Of a stretch of 64,000 bases of DNA, positions 54,076 through 64,000 are shown in pieces. The translations under genes were made by a program, and so were the position numbers. The DNA is from Octopus sinensis (Eukaryota): assembly GCF_006345805.1 (NCBI RefSeq), contig NC_043000.1, positions 69,998,001 to 70,062,000 of the forward strand. The letters run 5' to 3'. The notes under the pieces were generated by a model. The model searched no databases, had not been told where the DNA came from, and was given only the letters and a program-made list of their open reading frames with translations. Within the stretch, counting starts at the first letter, position 1; every line of letters starts with the position of its first letter.

Positions 54076-55123
54076 TATGTAGGCAAAGATCTTTATTATC
54101 GTGATGTTCAAAAATGTTGTTTGTAAATTATTAGCCTATATATCACAAATTCTAATTTGTTAGTACTTTTACTGTCTTAAGCCTCTCTTTGTTTTGATTT
54201 CATATATTCTCTACGATAAGACATTTGATATTATTTCAGCATAATATCAGTTATTGGAAAGTGATTTGTTAGATTTTAAGTCTAGATAAGGCGGCGATGC
54301 GTTTTTCATTAAATCGTTGAAAGAATACATTTGTTTGTGCAATATTGCTTACAAATATGAACGATTAACATACATATCTGCTTTGCTATGGCTTTACATT
54401 GTGAATATATTTTTGTAGTTTTTTTTTAGTTTCAGATCCAGGTTTTTTCTCTTTTTACCTTCTTTTAGATATCGGGTATTCGTTTTTGCGGAAGCCCATT
54501 AATCAGTGTCCTTTTTATACGAGTACAAATATTTTCAATGAATACAAAAACTTTGTTTCAAGAAAACTAATTGCAAAGAGCAAATTTGTGTATCTCTTCG
54601 CCCTTTATTAGAAGTTGCTTTGTAGTTATGACAAATAAACAAATCTAAGTGAATCATGCAGGCATTCTTCAGCATATCAGTTCGGATCCCATAATCCAAG
54701 CAACAATGCGAGATCTAACGCAAATATAAATTAGTCTTTATATAGTTTGTACTACAGCTATTAACATAGGCTCAGTGAAACTACAACAACTCATTTACAT
54801 AAGTTAAAGTAAACGGACTGAGATCTAATGCACGAAACCCGTTATTATGGTTGAATGAGACCGACGACACATTTGGAAAACTTCTGAATAAAATAGAATA
54901 AATCAATAGTATTACGGAACTGAAATTCATTTGAAACTTTTGCTTCAATTTTTACCTGTTGCAGCAATAGTCCCAATAGAATCCACATTTGCTACCTGCT
55001 TTGCATCCATACTCTCAACATATGCTTTTTATGTTCCGTTCTATACACTCCAGCCACTGTCTCATTCTCTCTATCCCTCTTTCTTTCTCTCTCTCTCACT
55101 CTCCCCTTCTTCCGTCGATTTCT

Positions 55124-55164
<41 letters not shown>

Positions 55165-55181
55165 AAATATATATATATATA

Positions 55182-55296
55182 TAGAAGAAATAGCTATAAC
55201 CCCCTTTTTAGTAGAAGAAATAGCTATAACCCTTTGACTGCTATTTCTAAATTCGGTATGTGGTAAGGCAATTCGTTGCTGAACTCTTATTGCTTA

Positions 55297-55300
<4 letters not shown>
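55182..55300 (+). mobile_element. 3' end of the pLTR family at 10750-11330, with a small tandem duplication
   Basis: tagaagaaatagctataaccc occurs twice, followed by the shared tail. Confidence 0.7.
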
Positions 55301-55339
<39 letters not shown>

Positions 55340-55356
55340 TATATATATATATATTG

Positions 55357-55553
55357 AAGGTGTGTGGCTTAGTAGTTAAGGTATTCGGCTCATGTGTTGT
55401 GTCCTTGAGCAAGCCTTTTATTTCCCGTGGTCCCATTCTACTCAGCTGGAAAAATGAGTAGTATCTGTATTGCAAAGGGCAAGCATTGTCGCATTTTGTG
55501 TCAAGCTAAATCTTCCTGAGAACTACATCAAGGATACAGGTGTCTGTGGAGTG

Positions 55554-55557
<4 letters not shown>
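55357..55557 (+). mobile_element. Deleted SINE related to 19617-19986
   Basis: gtggcttagtagttaagg head; ctgagaactacatcaagg..gtctgtggagtg. Confidence 0.6.
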
Positions 55558-55632
<75 letters not shown>

Positions 55633-55704
55633 GTATATATATTTACAGAAAGTTAATTATGTCGGGTCTTAAAATGGGATTGATAAATATAATCTTAATA
55701 TAAA

Positions 55705-55885
55705 AACTGAGAACATGTGTCTATCTGCGCATGTTTGTTTCTCTGTTTGTTGGTCTGTGTGAATCCCTAAAACTTGAGAACTACCTAACCGATTTCATTC
55801 AAATATCACACATGCCTTACTTAGGGTCCATGCAGTGTCATGGGCAAAAAAAGCTTCTTGCCTAATACGAGCCCGGAGCAATCTG
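55705..55885 (+). mobile_element. Helitron-like fragment (family of 26012-26771)
   Basis: ccctaaaacttgagaactac..catgccttacttagggtccatg. Confidence 0.65.
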
Positions 55886-56049
55886 TTATCTTCTACATTT
55901 CAATATTACGTACCAAAAATGAAACACTAATATCTCTATTGAACAGCGAGGTACATTTTGTTTGATGGTCTCACTATTTATATTGAAACTATTAAAGTGA
56001 AACTATTACCTCACATATATATCTCACATATATACATGCATACGTATAC

Positions 56050-56091
<42 letters not shown>

Positions 56092-56267
56092 ATATATATA
56101 TATATATATATAGATATATATATATATATATTATGTATATATATTATGTGTATATATATATGTATGCTTGTTTATATGTATATATATAATAGATTTATAT
56201 GTATATATCTATATATATATGTATTCATAGATATATATATATATACATATACATATATACACACACG

Positions 56268-56310
<43 letters not shown>

Positions 56311-56352
56311 ATATACGTACATAAATACACACATACATGCATGCATACATAC

Positions 56353-56390
<38 letters not shown>

Positions 56391-56444
56391 ATGTATATAT
56401 TTATATACTTATGTACATAAGTATATGAACATATATGTGTGTGC

Positions 56445-56605
56445 GTCAGTGTGTGTGTCTGTCTTTGTACCCTCACGATCGCTTGACAACCGATTTTACT
56501 GTGTTTACGTCCCCGTAATTTAGCCGTTTTGCAAAACAGACCGATAGAATAAGTACTAGTCTTAGAAAGAATAAATACTGGGGTCGATGTCTTCGACTAA
56601 AAGCG
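56445..56605 (+). mobile_element. SINE 3' half fragment
   Basis: cgcttgacaaccgat..tgtgtttacgtccccgtaa..gaccgatagaataagtact. Confidence 0.7.
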
Positions 56606-56749
56606 ATATTACACATTTTTGTTCCTAAATTTGATAGACTGTCATAACTTTTATTTGGATCATAATCAAATGCTGCATTTGTAAATGATTTAACAGAAGT
56701 ACATAGTTCAGCATATCTTGACCTTTGCACCATAGTCTGAGATTTCTTT

Positions 56750-57250
56750 TTCACAATGTGCGAAATTCTAATTTCCTCTCTAATTTCTTGTGTCCAATTT
56801 TCTCTCAACACTTGGTGCGCCAATTTTCTCTAATTCATTCTTTCTTTGAAATGAGTCTTTCCCGTCTTCGTCTTTGATACTCTCAATTTCTTGCTTCTTG
56901 AATTTCTCTCTCATTGTCACTCACTTCATTTGTGTTTTTTGGCGTTTTCTTGCTGAAGCATTTAAAATTTTCCTTGTAACGTTATTTATTACACTTATAA
57001 CATTGTTGGATCATTTAAGTTTTGGTCGGTTCTTACTTGAGTAATAATTCCTTCCTCCTCCATAGGCTGAGAATTTTATGCCACAATGTGCGAAATTCTA
57101 ATTTCCTCTCTTATTATTTCTGTTGTCAAATTTTCTATCAACACTTGGAGAGCCAATCTGTGTTCTCTAATTTCATTCCTTCTTTGAATTGAGTCTTTTC
57201 TGTCTTCGTGTTTGATACTCTCGATTTTTTGCTCTTCTTCATTCATTTCA
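56750..57250. repeat. Diverged ~170-bp direct repeat pair (~56750-56915 and ~57081-57250)
   Basis: cacaatgtgcgaaattctaatttcctctct..caacacttgg.g.gccaat..tgagtcttt..gtcttcgt.tttgatactctc occurs in both. Confidence 0.85.
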
Positions 57251-58189
57251 TTTCGTTTTGGCACTAGGAATCTTCCTAAATCTTCCTGAGAACTACATCA
57301 AGGATACAGGTGTCTGTATCAACACTATTAATTGAATAGACAAATAATGTAAGAATTCAAACTATCAACTAATATATCTAAATAGAATATACTAATAATA
57401 GGAGGGGAAGGGGAGTTTTGCCTACCCATAGAGTTAAAAAATATATTTATTGAATTTAAATAAATCTAATTAAAATAAACTAAGTTCTTAAAATTAAATA
57501 TATTTTCTTTATATTTAAATGATTTTAGTTAAAAATAAGCACTGTGTATACGATACATAAGAAGCGCACTGCTATACTATTCATTAGACAAATATAAATA
57601 ATAATTATATTAATGATAACTAATATAACTTTTTACATTAAGAATAAAGTAAAAAATAAATAAGTAAAAAGTAGCAAATAGGTACATACCTGGATTTATT
57701 TTTTACCAATAATAAGAACATATAAATATATATTGTGAACGTGATGGATAGTACAAATAGTAAGGGCGGGTTTATAAACTTATATATAGTTAATGAGGAA
57801 TGTGTTTATAGACATACTGAACAGAGATAATGGTTAGCTTGTAAAAAACTGAATAGCACAACCAAAAAGTGTGAATTGCAACTATTCCTATCCCTTGTCC
57901 AATAGGTCAATATCAACCTCTAGTTATTTGTAGAACAGAAACCAAAACGTACATGGTACAATTCATCTGGAAAAAATAACTGTCAATTTTTGCCTTGATA
58001 ACATTCAAATTTGCCATGATGAAGGTTTTTACCTTTTTCAAATTTATAATGCAATTTAATTGCATAAATATGGATTTAAGTAATAAACCCAAATACGCGT
58101 AGGAAACATGAATTGACTACTATAATAAATATATTGATTATTCTGTGTATGCATTCTCCATTTCCTTATTTCCTTTGTACCTATATTCT

Positions 58190-58397
58190 TTTCTAACTAG
58201 ACACAAGGCCCGAAGTTTTGGGGTAGGGGCAAGTCAACTAGATCGACCCCAGTACGCAACTGGTACTTAATTCATCGACCCCGAGAGAATGAAAGGTAAA
58301 GTCGACCTCGGTGGAATTTGAACTCAGGACGTAAAGACAGACGAAATACCGCTAAGAATTTCGCTCGGCGTGCTAACGCTTCTGCCAGCTCGCCACG
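58190..58397 (-). mobile_element. Abundant tRNA-derived SINE, full length
   Basis: Same consensus as 34148-34358. Confidence 0.87.
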
Positions 58398-58495
58398 TTC
58401 CTTTGTATATATGTTAAATATATATTTATATATATATGCACACACATACATGCATACATACATTTGTCTCCCTCTCTCTCTTTCTCTCTCTCTCC

Positions 58496-58566
<71 letters not shown>

Positions 58567-58574
58567 TTTCTTTT

Positions 58575-58766
58575 CTTTTATCTTTTACTTGTTTCATTCA
58601 TTTGACTGCGGCCATGCTGGAGCACCGCTTTTAGTCGAGCAAATCGACTTCAGGACTTATTCTTTGTAAGTCTAATACTTATTCTATGGGTCTCTTTTGC
58701 CGAACCGCTAAGTTACAGTGTCATAAACACACCAGCATCGGTTGTCAAGCAGCGATGTTGGGGGGA

Positions 58767-58836
<70 letters not shown>

Positions 58837-58979
58837 CGTCCACCAAATCCACCCACAAGGCTTTGGTCGGCCGAGGCTATAGTAGAAAACACATGCCCAA
58901 GGTGCCACGCAGTGGGACTGAACCCGGAAATATGTGTTTGGTAAGCAAGCTACTTACCACACATCCACTCTTGCGCCTA
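58575..58979 (-). mobile_element. Full SINE with an internal (CA)n(TA)n tract
   Basis: gtgggactgaacccgg head side; tgactgcggccatgctggagcaccgc tail side. Confidence 0.85.
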
Positions 58980-59499
58980 TATATATATATATATATCTTC
59001 TTTGAACATTTCAAATATAATGAAATAACTGCTATATACATAAAAAAATAGCAACTGTTAGTGGTAGGTATCGAAGTGCTATGGACTGGCAGGCTAGTAG
59101 TGTTTGTTTTGAGTTCATTCACTGCCTACATTATGTAATTATCCATCATTTCAACCTTTGTTCCCTATTTGTTGCCCTCCTTCAAGATAAGAAACAGTTG
59201 TTTCCTCCATGTTTTCTAGCTATTTGTGTAAGTTATCCAATGATTTTTAATAGATATTTTTTCCATTATTATCTTTCTTGTTAAATAGGCCTCAACCACT
59301 CTGAATCCATGATGAATATAATAACCTTGCATTAGTTTGTGTGATGTATTCTAAACTCAATGGTTATTGTTCTTATTTTTTCTTGTCTAGTTCGCTGGCT
59401 CATCCATCGTTCTACTGAGAATATTATAAGTATGATGAATTACTAGGACCGCTAAATATTGATGTCTATAACTTTATCTTTTGCCTTTAGCTCTGTTTT

Positions 59500-60500
59500 A
59501 TGTATTAATCTAATACATCTATAATATTCCTTTCCAAAATTTTGTTTTATTTGTACGTAAAATGCGTCGAACTCTCTGATTCTTAAGTATTTGTAAATCA
59601 CATTTTGATATAACTTTCCTGCCCTTATTTCTTTATCATGATATATTTACTGATCATCCGGTTTTCGCGAATTCCCTGTCACATTTTTAGAATCATGAAT
59701 TTCATAGCAATTCTTATAAATTTTGTTTCTAGTCGTTTAATATTCCATCGAAATTCTGAAGACATTCACATCAAAAGTTGGTTGACTGTCTTACCATATC
59801 ATTTATGTTTCCATCCAGCTTGGTTTAAACGTTGTTGCGACAAGCGTAATTGGAGTGGAAAACAGACAGACAAACTGACAGGCAGAGAAGTTTCCGAAAA
59901 ATATACATATTTTAATGAAGATGTGGTTAGATTGTATAATCATGGATCCACAGAAATGTTTGTCATTTATCCATGTCTTTGTATTATTGGCTCATCATCA
60001 CTCGAGGATAATGTTTCCATGATGCAGTAAGCGAAACACCATGAGATGATTTTTTGATAACCAATCAATTTCGGGTTGAAGCCCTTCTTTCCCCTTTTGC
60101 AGGATTTCCTTATGACTGTTTCGATCTGTTATTGATTTTGACAACGTTATGAACATTTGTAGCAATCCTCTTGCTCTTTTATATACAGCTTGATTGTTTG
60201 AGAAATTCTAATTGAATTCCGGCTTTTTATCTATCTTAAAGTTTTCCCTTCTATCGGCCAGTCTACTATTGTCTCCAGCTCCGTCAGTATTTCGGGAAAT
60301 ATCTCTGATAGCACTTTGTGTTACAGTTTTAAGATCATATGTCCTAGTGCCTTCCAGCTATTTGTGTTTTTGCAGCTTCTGAACCATTTCTTGTGTTACA
60401 TCTGTCTTCAGTTGCCAAGATACTGTGTTGTTTTGAAAGATCTTGTCCATAGTGATTCCTTAACTGACCATCTCTCCCTACCCCGCATGAATTCTTCTCT
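59500..60500 (-). mobile_element. Highly decayed R4/Dong-like RT relic
   Basis: Minus-strand traces VTQEMVQK..SWKALG (cf. NWKAPG) and YKYLRIRE (cf. YKYLGIHE). Confidence 0.35.
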
Positions 60501-61134
60501 TGATGTTAGTCCTTTATTGATTTCTACACTTTTTTATTTTCTCTTAACTGTTGATAACATTGTTTGAACTGTTTGTTTTGTTCAAAGAAACGTGGCTGCT
60601 TTTCGTAGCAACGGATTTATTTATTTTGATATTTTTGTTTCGAGATAGTGACGATGTTTTGCATTAGACGTTCTTTGATTCCTGATAGTTTTTGTTTGTT
60701 TTTGTTACTGCATGTTTTTATAGTACTTTTAGCAATGTATATTTCTGTATCATGTCTCTCCATTTTTTCTGTTGTGTCGTTTTTGCTATTGATTTTATTA
60801 AAGACTGAGTAATGTTTTCTCTTATTGTTTATCTTTTTGATTGTTATAGTTTGTGCACAACACAGCGTGAATCAGAAGGACTGAAACGGATTTAAATATT
60901 AATAAAATTGGTTGTGAGATAAATATAAATGCAAACGCAACCCTTCCGTGCTTTTGATGAACGGAATCAAGAGTAGGAAGTCTCCTAACAAACCACTTCA
61001 AGGTTTCCTAACCACTCCTCGAAGAAAATGTACTAGTTTCCTTCCTCAATAATGACTCCAGCTGCAATAAAAAGTAATCACTTGGCAATAAACTTACCCA
61101 GAACAATCAACGTAGTAAGTTACACTGAAAATAC

Positions 61135-61161
61135 TACGACTACTGCTGATGCTACTACTGC

Positions 61162-61219
<58 letters not shown>

Positions 61220-61277
61220 TAGTAGTAGTAGTAGTAGTATTAGTAGTAGTAGTAGTAGCAGTAGCAGCAGAAGCAGT

Positions 61278-61353
<76 letters not shown>

Positions 61354-61382
61354 GTAGTAGTAGCAGTAGCAGCAGAAGCAGT

Positions 61383-61451
<69 letters not shown>

Positions 61452-61495
61452 TGTTGTTGTTGTTGTTGTAGTAGTAGCAGCAGCAGCAGCAGCAT
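61135..61495. repeat. Compound (TAA)(TAG)(CAG)(TTG) triplet array
   Basis: Direct reading; contains a duplicated ~105-bp block. Confidence 0.95.
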
Positions 61496-62118
61496 ATGTT
61501 TGACTTTTGCTTTGTATTTGTACAAGTTGACTCCAAGTCTCACCCAGAGACCTCAAGAGACAACGAGTTAGAAGTTCAAGTTGATACAACCTAGGGTGTC
61601 ATATATTTGGTTTTGTACATAGTATTGTTCTAGAGAATGTTTAAGTAAACATAAGAAAATTATGAGTTTGTTTTAAAATTTGAGATTACATAGACAGTAT
61701 GTTACGTAGGATATGGGCATTTCCCATGAGCACTATCTTTTGAATTTCTGCTAGGTAGCAATCAGCCCCTTTTGCTATCATTCCTAGGGCACCTATGACA
61801 ACAGGTATTGTGTTAGTCTTGAGGTTCCACATGTTGCAAATTTCTATTTCAAGATATTTATACTTGTTCAGTTTTTGGTAGGTCTTGACAGATACATTTA
61901 TATTGATTGGGACAGTCATATCAATGAGGAGGCATGATTTTAGTCTGAAGTCTTTCAATATAATATCTGGCCTATTTGCATCTATCTTCTGTCAGTTTGA
62001 ATAGTGAAGTTCCGAGGAGTGAGATGTGATCATTTTCAAGCACTGGAGGTGTTTTGTGTTTCCACCAGTTTTTATCATGGGGCAGCTCTAGGTTGTTTGC
62101 AAATTACCCAGTGAATAT
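61496..62118 (-). mobile_element. R4/Dong 3' fragment (RLE + 3' UTR), copy 3
   Basis: RPDII..CLLIDMTVP..KYKYLEIEICNMWNLKTNTIPVVIGALG; (TAA)n at 62120-62191 marks the 5' junction. Confidence 0.88.
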
Positions 62119-62130
62119 ATTATTATTATA

Positions 62131-62192
<62 letters not shown>

Positions 62193-62619
62193 GCAGAGTG
62201 ATGGTGTCACGATAAAAATACTGGTGATTTCACAACCTTGCAAACGCTACCTCTAAATGAATGATGTCAAAATTAAATAATAACCACATCTGTGCTAACG
62301 GGACTGGAATTGTTAACATTGAAGGTTCCGCGCACGGCAGGCGAAGAGTATCTGATCAAGCTCCAGTAGGTCATCATCAAGCAATTGATCAGGACCAAAA
62401 TCGCAGTCAAAAGGACAAAAGAAAAAGAATGAAATGGGAAAAGGATGTAAACAGATAGTAATAGTATGTTGGCTAAGAAGTGAGTGAAATAAAAGAGGCT
62501 TCACAAATCGAATGAAGAGAATATGGGATGAAAAAGGAAGTTTTAAAGCATCCACTCGATTAAAGCATAGACTAGATTACGGTAGTAGAGATTGAAGAAA
62601 TTCAGAGAAACACAATTAA

Positions 62620-64000
62620 AAAAGAGCAGAGGGAGAGTGAAACAGCAGTAGCAGAAAGCGGTAATGAAGAGGTAAGAGATGAGGTAGCACGTCCCTCTCC
62701 ACCCTCACTTTTCTTTCCGAGTAGGACTTAAGAAATTCGATGAGAGCTTCACCGAAGAGGAAGGTGTCTTTTATCAATCCTTTCAGCTTCACCTACCACA
62801 CAACCTCTTTCGCCATGGTCATTAGACAGAGGAACACCGCATGCCCTCGCTTGCTAAAGGTAGGTGGCGGAACAATTCTTACTATTGATTCAGCCGATAG
62901 TCCGATTTTTCTCACATGCGATAACAGCTGTTCAACATGACTCCACAAGTTATCAATACTCGGACACTGCGCAAGTACATGCAGAATGGTTTCATCGTTT
63001 TCGGACAGTCCCGCCTGACAGTGCTTCCGTGCCTGTAGAATCTACCTCGAACTGTCGTTACTCATCGGTAACACTGCCAGACCAGGGATTTCTGGAAGTT
63101 ATCCATGGTAGTAGCGGGCCCAAAAATCCTCCGAAATAGACCAGCTCGTTCATCCTCATCGATGCCTAGAGTTTCATTGAGAACGTCATCGCTCTTAGCC
63201 ACCACTATATTTCTATATATTACTACCGTAGAATTTCCACCGATCATATTGCCCGACTGGCAGAGAGCAGTGAGCGCCTGACGACGTTCTAGATACCAAG
63301 TGTCTAATCTTGGTCTTTTCTTGATCAAGGATTGCAGCTCCATCAAAGAGATCCAGGAAAATCTTAAGTGACGTTGCCGCAACGCGTGTCTGCGCATTGG
63401 CAACCATGGCATGCCAAACCTGCCATCCAGAGAGCACTGGCAACGGATGGACCGCTTGACCTATGGAACGCGTCCTTTCAACAGGAAGCTGAAAGTGGAC
63501 TAGGGTAAGGTACAACGTTCAGCGGTAAGTTGTTGAAGAGGTGGTGTGCGCATTCACCGCCTCTACTCGACTTTTCAGGGATAATATCATCTTGGCCCAT
63601 TTCTGAGTGAGACCGAACACTGCTCGTAGCTTCATTCTTGTTCTTGTCCAGTAGAATTTTGATGATCCGTCTGTCCATCGACCTACTACGCTGTTCGTTG
63701 CTATTGACTCATATTTATTTGCTCCCTTCAGGGTTCCCTAACACCTGTTATTCCCTATTGCTCCTGTCAGATGTCTCTTAATCAATTTACTAACTAGGTC
63801 TCTGTAGTTTTTCGCTCCGGGAAAGACACATTCAACTTCCAGTAGCCGGGACCTGTCTATGAGCCTTATCTAAGGCGACTGTGAAGATCACAAGTATGTA
63901 ATCTGTGTAGACAACCAGTTTGAACTGTGAATAACCTAGTATCTTTGTCAGTTAACTTAACGAATACTCCAAGTACGATGTTTTTTATACGCACCCTCTC
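62620..64000 (-). mobile_element. Tx1/L1-like ORF2 relic, EN end joined to the C-terminal zinc-knuckle region; continues beyond the window
   Basis: HRQGPGYWKLN near 63830-63870; MDNFQKSLVWQCYR and CP..ETILHVLAQC at ~62960-63110; no RT motifs recognised between them. Confidence 0.7.

Noticed and set aside
61094-61589. Poly-Q/A/T/S ORFs suggesting a low-complexity protein
   Set aside because: A triplet array open in several frames on both strands, attached to a LINE 3' end.

Overview
AT-rich eukaryotic non-genic DNA, almost entirely repeats. The microsatellite load and the SINE set point to a coleoid cephalopod (Octopus-like); this is an inference, not a database result. I found no supportable host gene, rRNA, true tRNA or CRISPR array, and most short ORFs in the track are microsatellite artefacts. 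Content: R4/Dong-clade LINEs (two long copies, a 3' copy and relics, embedded in (TAA)n), Tx1/L1-like elements, a CR1-like LINE, RTE relics, Penelope-like elements (PLE; RT and GIY-YIG pieces plus solo pLTRs), mariner relics, non-autonomous Helitrons, a long-TIR MITE and at least three tRNA-derived SINE families. The main hidden layer is RNA-structural: about 10 type I hammerhead ribozyme (HHR) motifs from several unrelated families. They include cores with the 3:8 tertiary pair switched to U3:A8 and G3:C8, a back-to-back HHR palindrome, and a repeated tRNA-head plus HHR-tail element with a Penelope-style inverted 5' duplication. Several fold-back or inverted duplications are also present, including a 464-bp inverted repeat (IR) abutting a perfect 102-bp hairpin. 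All folds were read by eye, not computed.
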